A stretch of DNA of 64,000 nucleotides from Oceanispirochaeta sp. (GTDB lineage: Bacteria; Spirochaetota; Spirochaetia; DSM-2461), in the NCBI GenBank assembly GCA_963666275.2, contig CAXXOA010000001.1, forward strand, positions 1,312,001 to 1,376,000. Reading direction: 5' to 3'. Below the pieces are notes generated by a model. That model had not been told where the DNA came from, searched no databases, and saw only the letters and a list, made by a program, of their open reading frames with translations. The first letter of the stretch is position 1. Each line of letters starts with the position of its first letter. Made by a program: the position numbers and the translations under genes. Below are positions 29,757 through 39,482 of this stretch, in pieces.

Positions 29757-31030
29757 CACCCGATGCGGGACTCCTTGAAAATGTCTCCCATGTGTACGAG
29801 AAGATTCCCGGACAGGATCAGGATGTGGATATCTTTGTACTGGAACCACCCCGGGAGCTGGATAAGGAGGATCCGGAAGGACGGGTTCTCCGGAAGGCCG
29901 GCCCGGGACGGCGCAAATCCAAAACGGTGAGCATGCTCAGTCACAGCCTCTATTATGTGACCGAAGACTGCCCCCTGGACCGGCTTGTGGAGGAACTTTC
30001 CGCCAAGAAGGACCTTTTTTCCATCGGTGTGGTGGACTCCCGGGGAGAAGCCAAGGGCCTTATCATCCGGCGGGAGCTCTTTGATCTTGTAGGCCGGTCG
30101 GGGAACACCGATCCCATGAAAGGGAAGAGGGCCGCCCAGGTTATGAAACTTGTCAAAACCTTTGCTCCCGATACCAGCGTTTTTTCTGTCGGCTCGGTGG
30201 TGGAAGAGGAAATGAAGGAAAGCCTGATCGTCTACTTTATGATCAAGGACGAGTACGGCCGCTTTGCCGGGTCTTTCTCCACCAAGGACCTGATGCTCTT
30301 CTATGCCCGGAACATGAACAGGGAAATGCAGCTGGTACAGGAAATTCAGAGCCGGATCGTCGAGCCCCAGGCCCGGCTGGATCTGTCAGACGGCGGGGCG
30401 GTCTGCGGAGTGAACCGCCATGCCCGGGAGGCCGGAGGAGACTATTTCCTGATCCGCCGGGTCCCGGACGGAAGGATTTTTTATGCCCTGGCGGATGTGT
30501 CGGGCAAGGGATACGCCGCCTCCCTTCTGACGGCAATCATAGGCTCCTTTCTGGAGAATACGACTTTTTCAAAAGGCCTTGCCGGATCCATTGGGAATCT
30601 CAACCGCTTTCTGCAGGAGAAATTCGCCGAAAAGGGGCTTTTTGTCACAGGCGTCTTCGTCCTGTTTGACGAAAAAAGCCCTGTTCTGGAAGTGTGCAAC
30701 TGCGCCCATCCCTTTTTCTATGTCCTGAGACGCAGAAAAATGAGAAAACTGAAGAGCCGTTCCAATCCTCCTCTGGGACTGGAGGGAGTGGATACACTGG
30801 AATGCTTCAATATCCGGCCCGAACCGGGGGACTGTCTGTTCCTCTGCAGCGACGGTATACCCGAACAGATGAATGAACTGGGCGAAACCTTTCCCCTTGC
30901 CTCTCTAGGGGGCATGACCGATCAGATCGACAAAGGGAAATTCCGCGAAAAGGTTCTGTCTGAAATCGACAGCTTCCGGGGATTTGCTCCCCAGCACGAT
31001 GATATTACCCTGCTGGTTCACCGCGTCTAA
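29753..31030 (+). CDS. CBS-pair + PP2C (SpoIIE/RsbU-type) phosphatase
   Basis: ATGA overlap with the kinase. CBS-like IGVVDSRGEAKGLIIRRELF and GRFAGSFSTKDL; PP2C motifs GGDYF, ADVSGKG, CSDGI, DDIT. Confidence 0.85.
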   Translation: MTPDAGLLENVSHVYEKIPGQDQDVDIFVLEPPRELDKEDPEGRVLRKAGPGRRKSKTVSMLSHSLYYVTEDCPLDRLVEELSAKKDLFSIGVVDSRGEAKGLIIRRELFDLVGRSGNTDPMKGKRAAQVMKLVKTFAPDTSVFSVGSVVEEEMKESLIVYFMIKDEYGRFAGSFSTKDLMLFYARNMNREMQLVQEIQSRIVEPQARLDLSDGGAVCGVNRHAREAGGDYFLIRRVPDGRIFYALADVSGKGYAASLLTAIIGSFLENTTFSKGLAGSIGNLNRFLQEKFAEKGLFVTGVFVLFDEKSPVLEVCNCAHPFFYVLRRRKMRKLKSRSNPPLGLEGVDTLECFNIRPEPGDCLFLCSDGIPEQMNELGETFPLASLGGMTDQIDKGKFREKVLSEIDSFRGFAPQHDDITLLVHRV

Positions 31031-31069
31031 AGAACACACATCCCTTCATGAAACTGAAGGGAACCCCTT

Positions 31070-32011
31070 TCAGCGGGACGCCTTGTCCAGCAAATCCAGA
31101 TCCTCTCTGTCCAGTTCCAGTTCGGGAGCTCTGAAAATGGTTTCCAGCTGTGTAATGCTTGTTGCACTGACGATCGGGGCTGTGATATCCGGCTTAGCCA
31201 GCAGCCAGGCAAGAGATACCATGGCGGGAGAGGCATTGTGCTTTTCCGACACCCGGTCCAGCGCGCTTAGTACATTCAAGCCCTGTTTGTTAAGATAGGG
31301 ACGGACCATTTCCGCCCGGGCTGAGCCTTCAAGGTCCTGGGTGCTTCTGTATTTCCCCGTAAGAAATCCGGCAGCCAGGGAAAAATAGGGAAACACCGAA
31401 AGATCGTATTCCTGCACCAGCGGCCTGTAGTTCTCCTCATAGGAAGGTTCTACAAGACTGTATTTAGGCTGGAGAACCGCATAGGCCGGGAGGGATTCTC
31501 CTGCTGATACCTCCATAGACTCTTTCAGCCGCTGGGGCGTCAGGTTCGATGCCCCTATATACCGGACCTTACCGGCTTTGATGATTTCATCGTAGGCCGA
31601 AAGGGTTTCTTCCACAGGGGTTTTCCCGTCATCAAAATGGGTATAGTAGATATCGATATAATCGGTCTGAAGGCGCCGGAGGGACTCATCTACACTTTTC
31701 AGAATGTGTTTCCTGCTGCTGTCTATGGGATGATTCTGATTCTGGGAACCCACCTTTGTGGCAATAACAATGCGGTCTCTGTTTTTCCGTTCACTCATCC
31801 AGGAACCGATGATTTTTTCTGACGTTTCTCCCACACCATTATGCCACCAGGGGTAGGTATCGGCAGTGTCTATAAAATTGAATCCTCCATCCTGAAAGGC
31901 ATCGAGAATTTCAAAGGACTGTTTCTGATCCAGAGTCCAGCCGAAAACATTGCCTCCGAAGTTGATAGGGCCCACAGAAAGGTCTGTATTTTTTATTTGA
32001 ACGCGATTCAT
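31070..32011 (-). CDS. Aldo/keto reductase
   Basis: FGGNVFGW, FIDTADTY, IATKVG, SLRRLQTDYIDIY, GKVRYIGASN. Confidence 0.93.
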   Translation of the reverse strand: MNRVQIKNTDLSVGPINFGGNVFGWTLDQKQSFEILDAFQDGGFNFIDTADTYPWWHNGVGETSEKIIGSWMSERKNRDRIVIATKVGSQNQNHPIDSSRKHILKSVDESLRRLQTDYIDIYYTHFDDGKTPVEETLSAYDEIIKAGKVRYIGASNLTPQRLKESMEVSAGESLPAYAVLQPKYSLVEPSYEENYRPLVQEYDLSVFPYFSLAAGFLTGKYRSTQDLEGSARAEMVRPYLNKQGLNVLSALDRVSEKHNASPAMVSLAWLLAKPDITAPIVSATSITQLETIFRAPELELDREDLDLLDKASR

Positions 32012-32228
32012 AAAACTCTTCTCCCTGTTGAGATAGTATAAAAACTAACTATTAGTAATTATAGAGTAATAAAAGGCGGAGGGGAAAGCAAATTCTCCGG
32101 AGTTACAGTTTAAATTAATCTCCCAACCTTTTTTTATTTTCCTCATAATTTATGCTGTGATATACTGGGCGGGATTTGATAAAAAGAAATTTATGTTGAC
32201 TGATAGTAAGGGGGAGGGAACAGAACCT

Positions 32229-33266
32229 ATGATATTTTATACAAACAGGGAACTGTATCAGAAGATTCTCTCTTCAGTTGAACACAGCCAAATGATATTT
32301 ATAGGGGAAAATCCCCATAGGAACCGGAGCATCCATACTGTTGTCGCTGAGCTGATGATTGAGCTGGCAAAACAGACAGACTTCCAAATTTATGCGACTG
32401 AGATGGTTTACAGCCTCTATCCCTTTATGGAGGAGAGCAGCCGACATGCCCGGGAAAGCCGGATGATTCCGGCGCAGATAACCAATTACAATAAATCCAT
32501 GGAATCCCATAAAAGGATCATCTGTACCGCCCTGGATATGGCTCATGACGTAAGACATTCTCCCCATCTTGTAATGGAATTCATGGAGAACCTTATGGAT
32601 GGATTGACTGATTCTTCCCTCAGACAGGCTCTCTCTGAAATCTGCAGGCTTTTTCCCGGGAATGAGGATGCTGAAGATAAAGAGATCCTGATCTGCAGGA
32701 TGAAAGAAATCACAGAGCAATATAGAGGCAGTATAGAAGACGATACCTTCCGGGAGCTCTCTTTTTACTATGAACTCCTTTTGGCTTCTCTGGAGATTGG
32801 CGGCTTGAATTTCCAATCTCAGGATGATCAGAGAAACAGATGGTTTATCCGTACCATAGAGAATGCCCTGGAAAGGTTGAAACAGGACAGGGCCAGAATG
32901 GTCTGTCATGTGGGAGCCCCCCATGCCTATAAAAGCTATTTAAATGAAGACGATTACTATGTGGGAAAAATACCTGAAGCGGCCTACTTCGACCGCAAGG
33001 GAGGAGAAAATCCGGTTTTTTCCCTACAGATCCGACCCTTTTTCTGGACTAACCGGGGCGACTATTCAACCACACTGACGGATCCGCTGGAAATCCTTGC
33101 CTTTCAGGAACTGAAGGATTCTGATGCGGTCTATGTGGATCTGAGGGAATACTGTGAGAAGGCTGATGAGAACACAAGGAAGAAATACTCCTTAAATGGA
33201 CAATTTCAGTTTGACGGGATTCTTTTTGTAAAAGAAATTTGTAATCATGAGTACCAGATCAATTGA
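32229..33266 (+). CDS. Hypothetical protein, possibly of the erythromycin esterase/ChaN/TIKI superfamily
   Basis: IFIGENPH...F.IYATE and later RNRWF...CHVGAPH resemble the Ere/TIKI pattern; start uncertain (32157-32229). Confidence 0.45.
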   Translation: MIFYTNRELYQKILSSVEHSQMIFIGENPHRNRSIHTVVAELMIELAKQTDFQIYATEMVYSLYPFMEESSRHARESRMIPAQITNYNKSMESHKRIICTALDMAHDVRHSPHLVMEFMENLMDGLTDSSLRQALSEICRLFPGNEDAEDKEILICRMKEITEQYRGSIEDDTFRELSFYYELLLASLEIGGLNFQSQDDQRNRWFIRTIENALERLKQDRARMVCHVGAPHAYKSYLNEDDYYVGKIPEAAYFDRKGGENPVFSLQIRPFFWTNRGDYSTTLTDPLEILAFQELKDSDAVYVDLREYCEKADENTRKKYSLNGQFQFDGILFVKEICNHEYQIN

Positions 33267-33340
33267 TGCCTATAGTAATTTGACTAGTATAAATTAGAAT
33301 CCCTCCATGGCATTATTTTTTTAATAGTAGAGGTCTGGAT

Positions 33341-33892
33341 ATGTTTGAAATAGAGACAGAAAGATTATACCTGCGGAACTGGAAACTCAGCGACAGCTCA
33401 GATGTTTATGAGTATGCAGGGAGTGAACTTGTCGGTCCCAATGCGGGATGGAATCCACACAGGTCGGAGCAGGAGTCCCTTGAAATTCTGAAAATGTTCC
33501 TTCGGGAGGATGAAACGCTGGCAGTGGAGCTGAAATCTGAGGGAAAAGTCATAGGCAGTGTAGGGCTTCATAATCGCAGACCTGATGAGAATCTCAGCAA
33601 TCTGAATCAGAGAGAAATCGGTTATGTTCTTAATCCCCTGTACTGGGGGAACGGATACATACCCGAAGCTGTGGAAGGACTCCTTGAAATCGGATTTATC
33701 AAGATGAAACTGGATCTGATATGGTGCGGTCATTTTGAAGAGAACTACAGGTCAAAAAGGGTCAATGAGAAGTGCGGATTCCATTTTCAGTTTGCAAAGG
33801 AACGGAATCTGACCCTGCTGGACAACAGGACGGTAATTACCTGGTATTACAATCTGAAAAAAGAAGAGTATCTGAGCAGACAGACAAGCTGA
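33341..33892 (+). CDS. GNAT N-acetyltransferase (RimJ/RimL family)
   Basis: IETERLYLR, EIGYVL...YWGNGY.PEA, N.RSKRV.EKCGF. Confidence 0.9.
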   Translation: MFEIETERLYLRNWKLSDSSDVYEYAGSELVGPNAGWNPHRSEQESLEILKMFLREDETLAVELKSEGKVIGSVGLHNRRPDENLSNLNQREIGYVLNPLYWGNGYIPEAVEGLLEIGFIKMKLDLIWCGHFEENYRSKRVNEKCGFHFQFAKERNLTLLDNRTVITWYYNLKKEEYLSRQTS

Positions 33893-34019
33893 ACAGCCGG
33901 TCTTTCGGATAAGAGCTCAGAGCTTTCTATAGCCATTTATCTCCCCACTACGTACAAATAATCTGAAATAATCAGAAAAATTTGTTTTTTCTAACATTCG
34001 GTACTATATTTATTTCAAA

Positions 34020-34040
34020 GAATAGAGCAATGTTCTATTC
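34020..34040. promoter_or_regulatory. Palindromic operator, probably for the downstream TetR
   Basis: GAATAGAGCAATGTTCTATTC, a near-perfect inverted repeat just upstream of the RBS of the DUF4260-tetR pair. Confidence 0.6.
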
Positions 34041-34060
34041 TTTGTTTTAGGAGGTTTATT

Positions 34061-34408
34061 ATGCCGAAGATTCATCTTCGTATTGACGGTTTAATGCTTA
34101 TGGCTGCCGGGCTGGCTCTCTATGCTCATTTTGACTATCCCTGGTGGATGTTCATTGTCTTTCTTTTTGCTCCGGATATTTTTATGGCGGGCTATCTTTT
34201 CTCTCCCCGTCTGGGTGCCCGGATCTATAATATCGGGCATACCCTGATCTGGCCGGTGTCCCTGGCTCTGATCGGTCTTTTCACTTCGGGAGGGCTCTGG
34301 TTCGCGGCGGCCCTGATCTGGACATGCCATATCGGTCTGGATCATCTGATCGGATACGGATTCAAATATGACGATGCCTTCGGGCATACCCATTTTTCGG
34401 AGATCTGA
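34061..34408 (+). CDS. DUF4260 family membrane protein
   Basis: APDIFMAGYL, GARIYNIGH, HIGLDHLIGYGFKY...FGHTH. Confidence 0.88.
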   Translation: MPKIHLRIDGLMLMAAGLALYAHFDYPWWMFIVFLFAPDIFMAGYLFSPRLGARIYNIGHTLIWPVSLALIGLFTSGGLWFAAALIWTCHIGLDHLIGYGFKYDDAFGHTHFSEI

Positions 34409-35074
34409 GTGGCCTACAGACGAACCGAAAGCCGTATCCGCCACAGCGAGGAAGTGAAGAACAGTATCCTTGCGGCTGCGGTTTCCCTGCTCGAAAAAGA
34501 GGGATTTTCAGCTCTGACAGTCAGAAAAACAGTGGCAGCTGCCGGTACATCCAATGGGAATTTCTATTTTTACTTCAGGGATAAGGAGGATCTGATAGAT
34601 CAGATTATCCGGAGTGAACTGGATAGACTGGGTGAGTTTATCGATCAGGCAGGAAGAGTTACTTCACGGGAAGATGATTCGGTCTACGCTGTATTGGCAT
34701 CCATGGTTTATACAGGAGTCAGGATAGGGTTGAGACTGGTCCGGGAGGAGGGGGTGCTCTTTCTTCCCGAACTGAGACCCCGGACTTTTGCGGGGCTGCG
34801 GGATTTTATGATTCAGAGAACTCAGAAGGTCTTTGCCCGGGGAGTCAACCTGCCGCCGGGACTGACTCCCTCACTGGCCGCTGTTTTATGGCAGGGATCA
34901 CTGTTGACTGTGATTGATGAGTTCCGCGATAGAAAAGAAGCCCATGGGGAGATTGCCAGGCAGTCCGCCGCCTGGAACCTGCGCGCCCTGGGAACATCCG
35001 AACCGGATATCCTCTCGTCCCTCATAAAGGCGGAAGCAATCTGGAGCACCATGGAAGAATCCTTTCTGAGTTGA
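34409..35074 (+). CDS. TetR/AcrR family regulator
   Basis: ILAAAVSLLEKEGF...TVR...AGTSNGNFYFYFRDKEDL. Confidence 0.88.
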   Translation: MAYRRTESRIRHSEEVKNSILAAAVSLLEKEGFSALTVRKTVAAAGTSNGNFYFYFRDKEDLIDQIIRSELDRLGEFIDQAGRVTSREDDSVYAVLASMVYTGVRIGLRLVREEGVLFLPELRPRTFAGLRDFMIQRTQKVFARGVNLPPGLTPSLAAVLWQGSLLTVIDEFRDRKEAHGEIARQSAAWNLRALGTSEPDILSSLIKAEAIWSTMEESFLS

Positions 35075-35132
35075 AAAATTCAAGCAGATCAATAGATTCT
35101 ATTTCCTTTATGGATGTCCTTCTTGACATAAG

Positions 35133-35180
35133 CGACACATATGTCGTATTTATAGTAAATATAAAACGACACTCATGTCG
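35133..35180. promoter_or_regulatory. Two palindromic operator boxes upstream of the second tetR, next to a TTGACA -35
   Basis: CGACACATATGTCG (35133-35146) and CGACACTCATGTCG (35167-35180); TTGACA at 35123-35128. Confidence 0.65.
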
Positions 35181-35200
35181 CTATTAAAGGGCGTACCACT

Positions 35201-35767
35201 TTGAACAAAGGCAGCAGAACAAAAGAAATAATATTGAATACGGCGTCCATTCTCTTTGCCCGGAAGGGATATGCCACTGTCACAATGAAGGATATCTGCG
35301 AATCCACTGAGCTCAGCCGGGGAGGGCTCTACAGGCACTTTTCATCAACCAAAGAGATTTTTATTGAGATCCTCAACAGGGACCTGGAATTGAACAGTGC
35401 CGCCGTGGATGCTGCCCTTCAGAACAATGTTTCCGCCCTGCGTATTTTTCAGCATTACCTGAATCAGGAAAAAGAAGCGGCATTAAGCAGAGACAGAGGT
35501 TTCTATTTTGCTGTTCATGAGTTTGCCTTCCTGGAACCGGATCAGCGGAAATACTTCAATCACAGGGTCGAAAAATCCCGGGAGATTCTTTCAAAAATTT
35601 TCCTCTATGGACAGGAACGGGGAGAGTTCGGACAGTTTGATATACCTGTGGTCTCAATGCATATCCTATATTTCTGGGACAGTATAAAAACATCATCCTC
35701 CATACTCACAATCACAGAAGAGGAAATTGAGAAACAGATGGAATTTATAAAGGAGCTCATACAGTGA
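35201..35767 (+). CDS. TetR/AcrR family regulator
   Basis: LFARKGYATVTMKDICESTELSRGGLYRHFSS. Confidence 0.9.
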   Translation: MNKGSRTKEIILNTASILFARKGYATVTMKDICESTELSRGGLYRHFSSTKEIFIEILNRDLELNSAAVDAALQNNVSALRIFQHYLNQEKEAALSRDRGFYFAVHEFAFLEPDQRKYFNHRVEKSREILSKIFLYGQERGEFGQFDIPVVSMHILYFWDSIKTSSSILTITEEEIEKQMEFIKELIQ

Positions 35768-36444
35768 AAATTTCTATTTTTAACGGCAGTCCCCGGGGAA
35801 AGGGCAGCAACACCAATGTGATCGCCTCGGCATTCCGCAAAGGAGCCGAATCGGCAGGAGCGGAGGTGCATAACTATTTTCTCATAGAGAAAGATATACA
35901 CCATTGCACAGGCTGTTTTTCCTGCTGGTATAAAACACCGGGTCAGTGTGTTTTTTCCGATGATATGCAGGAGCTGCTGGAAGCCTATATCACATCCGAT
36001 CTGGTATGCTTTGCCACTCCTGTCTACTCATGGACTCTGACAGCCTGTCTGAAAAACTTTATCGACAGACTGATCCCCCTCAAATCACCACGGGTGATAG
36101 AAGATCACGGGAATTTTGATATGCAGAACAGTAGAAGGAAAAATCCCGATGTCATGGTAATCGCCAATGCGGGGTTTCCGGGAGAAAACAATTTTCATAC
36201 TATCAAAACAGTCATGTCTGCCGCCCAACCTGTCTTTGAAATCTATCGTAACTGCGGCATGCTTCTTCAGTCCCGACGTCAGGATATAGCTGAAAAAGTT
36301 GGAGAATACCTGGAAAATGTCAGAAAAGCAGGCTTCCTTATGGCTGAGGGAAATGAAATTCCTGTAGAATTACATAGGGATCTGCAGATGGCACTTCTGA
36401 GTACGGAAAAATACATTGAGTACATCGGAGGCGGAAAAAAATGA
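35764..36444 (+). CDS. Flavodoxin-fold iron-sulfur flavoprotein / NADPH-dependent FMN reductase family
   Basis: NGSPRGKGSNT, CTGCFSCW...C, FATPVY, LKNFIDR. Confidence 0.88.
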   Translation: MKISIFNGSPRGKGSNTNVIASAFRKGAESAGAEVHNYFLIEKDIHHCTGCFSCWYKTPGQCVFSDDMQELLEAYITSDLVCFATPVYSWTLTACLKNFIDRLIPLKSPRVIEDHGNFDMQNSRRKNPDVMVIANAGFPGENNFHTIKTVMSAAQPVFEIYRNCGMLLQSRRQDIAEKVGEYLENVRKAGFLMAEGNEIPVELHRDLQMALLSTEKYIEYIGGGKK

Positions 36445-36498
36445 TTTTCCTGAAAGAATTTTCTTTATCGGAAAGATTTGCAGGAGAGAGGGGAACCA

Positions 36499-37155
36499 TT
36501 GAAAACAACAATACTCTTTGATCTGGATGGAACTCTGACAGATCCCGGCAGAGGTATTACAAAATCCGTTCAATACTCATTGAAGAAGTTTGATATTCCT
36601 GTTGAAGATCTGAAGACTCTGCATACATTTATAGGGCCTCCCCTGGGAGAGTCTTTCCGTCAGTACTTCGGTTTTTCCGAAGACCAGTCCCGGATGGCCA
36701 TAGACTATTACAGAGAGTATTTTTCCGAAAAAGGGCTCTATGAGAATGAGATCTATCCGGGGATCCCCGACCTGCTGGCAGGTCTGAAAGAGAGAGGAGT
36801 CACTACCGCTGTGGCTACCTCCAAACCGACCCGGTTCGCCCGTCAGATCCTGGAGCATTTCAAACTGGACCACCTGTTTGATGAAATCATAGGAAGCAAT
36901 CTGGATAACACCCGAACCGACAAAAAAGATATTATAGCTTTTGCTCTGGATCAGCTGAATAGAAACAATAAAGAATCGCTTATGGTCGGTGACAGAAAAC
37001 ATGATATCATCGGGGCTGTGGCCCATAAGATGGAATCAGTGGGTGTACTTTACGGCTATGGATCCAGAGAAGAGCTTGAAGGGGCAGGGGCTGACTGGAT
37101 TGCCGGAGATGTGAGTGAACTGGGCAGGATTCTGGATGGGCTTATTACACCATAG
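36499..37155 (+). CDS. HAD-family hydrolase (phosphoglycolate phosphatase-like)
   Basis: LFDLDGTLTD, FIGPPL, ATSKP, MVGDRKHDIIGA. Confidence 0.92.
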   Translation: MKTTILFDLDGTLTDPGRGITKSVQYSLKKFDIPVEDLKTLHTFIGPPLGESFRQYFGFSEDQSRMAIDYYREYFSEKGLYENEIYPGIPDLLAGLKERGVTTAVATSKPTRFARQILEHFKLDHLFDEIIGSNLDNTRTDKKDIIAFALDQLNRNNKESLMVGDRKHDIIGAVAHKMESVGVLYGYGSREELEGAGADWIAGDVSELGRILDGLITP

Positions 37156-37191
37156 CTCCGGAAGGAGTGTCTCCGCTCGAAGGATAGGACA

Positions 37192-38112
37192 ATGATAAAC
37201 CGTGTTCCGAGCTTACTTCGCAGTACCAGATATGAAAACTGCCGAGTCGAAAGGCTTGTGAAAGAGGGTTATGAATATCCAGATCTTTTTGTTCTCACAA
37301 ATCCTGAGGGCCAACGTTTCTACCTTAAAATTGCAGATCAGGAGAATCCCACCCTGAATGTATCTCTTCCCCTTCTGGAAAAGATGAAAAATCCCAATTC
37401 GCTTATACAGAAATATAGGGACATTCTGAAATTTGAGGGTCTGTACGGACTGATTACAGAAGAGATCACCCTAGAATCCTCCGTCCCCATAACATCGGGC
37501 TCCTCCGTCCCCAGGGAACGCTCCATTGTTCCTGATCAAACAAATATGAAAACCCTATTCCGTAGACTTGCTGGATTTCACAAAGAAAATATGAACCTTG
37601 AAGAAAAGATAACATCCAACTATCTGGACTATGAGCCATTTAATTCTGTTTCTGAACTAGTTGATGCTGAATTCAGAATGCATAAGACCTCACTGCCGGA
37701 AAGGTTTGTGCCCGGGATTGCTTCAGTAGTGGAGCCTTTGAAGAAGGGTTTTAAAACAGTCATTCACGGGAATATTCATAAGGGGAATATGATTCAGGGA
37801 GAGTTCCCCCAGCTCATTGATACAGAGACCCTTCATATGAGCTGCAATCTGTATGACTTTGAGTATTTTGATCTTTCAGGCTTCTATGGGAATTCACAGC
37901 TGTATTTTCACAGGGAAGCACGGGAGTGTTATGACGCCTATTTTGAAGAGCTGAACTACGGTGAATCAGAAACGCTGGCCGCAGTCTGCGCTATTGAGAT
38001 GCTGAATCTTCTCAGAGAGATAACTTTCAGAACCTGGCAGGGGGAGTTGACTGTCAGAAACTGGGCGGAACCGAAACTGGATTCACTGATAGAGATGAGT
38101 AAACAGGTATAA
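37192..38112 (+). CDS. Aminoglycoside/choline phosphotransferase-fold protein
   Basis: FYLKI, LAGFH, VIHGNIHKGNM, LIDTE (APH-like HGDxxxxN / IDxE with D-to-N change). Confidence 0.6.
   Translation: MINRVPSLLRSTRYENCRVERLVKEGYEYPDLFVLTNPEGQRFYLKIADQENPTLNVSLPLLEKMKNPNSLIQKYRDILKFEGLYGLITEEITLESSVPITSGSSVPRERSIVPDQTNMKTLFRRLAGFHKENMNLEEKITSNYLDYEPFNSVSELVDAEFRMHKTSLPERFVPGIASVVEPLKKGFKTVIHGNIHKGNMIQGEFPQLIDTETLHMSCNLYDFEYFDLSGFYGNSQLYFHREARECYDAYFEELNYGESETLAAVCAIEMLNLLREITFRTWQGELTVRNWAEPKLDSLIEMSKQV
37478..37511. repeat. Two CCTCCGTCCC motifs, 24 bp apart, inside the phosphotransferase ORF
   Basis: Copies at 37478-37487 and 37502-37511; same motif as around the RAYT. Confidence 0.8.
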
Positions 38113-38124
38113 AAGGATGCACCT

Positions 38125-38364
38125 ATGTTTATAAGGGGTTTCAAAGAGGGAGAGGAAAGCGTATTGAGAGAAGTCTTTTGTTCTTCTATCCATGGGAATA
38201 CAGAAAAGTTTTATACGGAAAGACAGCAGAATGCCTGGGCTCCCGCAGATTATGATGAAGAGGATTGGTCTAGACGGATCCGTCAGCTGCACCCCTATGT
38301 GATGGAAGATCAGGGAAAGATTATTGGATATGCTGACCTTCAGGATGATGGATATATAGATTGA
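38125..38364 (+). pseudogene. Truncated YafP-like GNAT acetyltransferase
   Basis: YTERQQNAWAP...IIGYADLQDDGYID* stops at 79 aa, before the acetyl-CoA-binding motif. Confidence 0.7.
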
Positions 38365-38513
38365 AAAACGGACTCCATTGAGACAAGGACTATCCGGAAG
38401 TCATCTAAAAGAGGTCAGTTGTATCTCCTTCTTCCCTGAAACTGTCTTTTCCGGTTGTATGATAGAATGGAGGGCAGGAGAGATCGATACTAATTCCTGG
38501 TAAGTCATACACA

Positions 38514-39377
38514 ATGAATATAGAAAAACAAATTGAGTCCAATAAAAGAGTAAACCTGTTTTTTCACGACCTGGAAAAGGTGATGAATCTGGATAAGGAT
38601 TTTGTCAGGGAACTTCTGGAACTGAAAAAGAAGCAGGCTGACCTGCCGGATGAGGAAGTGGAAAAAATCACCCGGAAAGTCCTGCAGATTTTTTATGGCA
38701 TTAATCAGTATCTGAATGTAACGCACAAGGATATTGAGGATCTAAAAAATATTTACAGAGTCACCTATGCCGAGGCCGCGGAAACGAATATCCATGAGGT
38801 GATGATAGAGCATCACAAACAGTTGTCCCTCTGGCTCTCCCGGTTCTATCCGGCTCAGTTTATTGAGCAGCTGAAAAGACAGGAGGAGATCGGCAGTGTT
38901 CTGAATGAGGAGTATACTGCAGAATTCCAGAGAACAATACTGGATCTTGATATCCCCTCTCTGAAGGAACCCATCCTGGATATTGGCTGCGGTTCCCGCG
39001 GGCATCTGGTGACAGCTCTGAACCGGCAGGGCAAACAGGCCTGGGGGATTGATAGAGTTATCCATTCCAGCGAAAAGTATTTCCGGGAACAGAGCTGGTT
39101 TGAATACAAATTTGAAAAGGAAAGCTGGGGAACAATCATATCCCATATGAGTTTCTCAAATCATCTTCTTTTTACCTATCGACATGATCCCGAAAAATTG
39201 CCGGAGTATCTGAATACCTTCAAAGAGATTCTGGAATCACTCAGGATTCACGGGACTTTTATCTACACTCCGTCTATACCTTTTCTGGAGAATTATCTGG
39301 AAGGAGCAGGCTATACGATCTGCAGTAGGGAAATAGCTGAGCAGATCAACAGATCCACGATCCAAAGGAACTGGTAA
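38514..39377 (+). CDS. Class I SAM-dependent methyltransferase
   Basis: ILDIGCG motif I, AWGID, G.FIYTP. Confidence 0.75.
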   Translation: MNIEKQIESNKRVNLFFHDLEKVMNLDKDFVRELLELKKKQADLPDEEVEKITRKVLQIFYGINQYLNVTHKDIEDLKNIYRVTYAEAAETNIHEVMIEHHKQLSLWLSRFYPAQFIEQLKRQEEIGSVLNEEYTAEFQRTILDLDIPSLKEPILDIGCGSRGHLVTALNRQGKQAWGIDRVIHSSEKYFREQSWFEYKFEKESWGTIISHMSFSNHLLFTYRHDPEKLPEYLNTFKEILESLRIHGTFIYTPSIPFLENYLEGAGYTICSREIAEQINRSTIQRNW

Positions 39378-39482
39378 CAGAGGAAGTAACTCTCCGGTGG
39401 CTGGAGTTGCATGAGAGAAATGAGACGATTCAGCTGAACCAGTGAAAAAAATTAGCCGCTGGAATTTATCCTTTCCAGAAAA

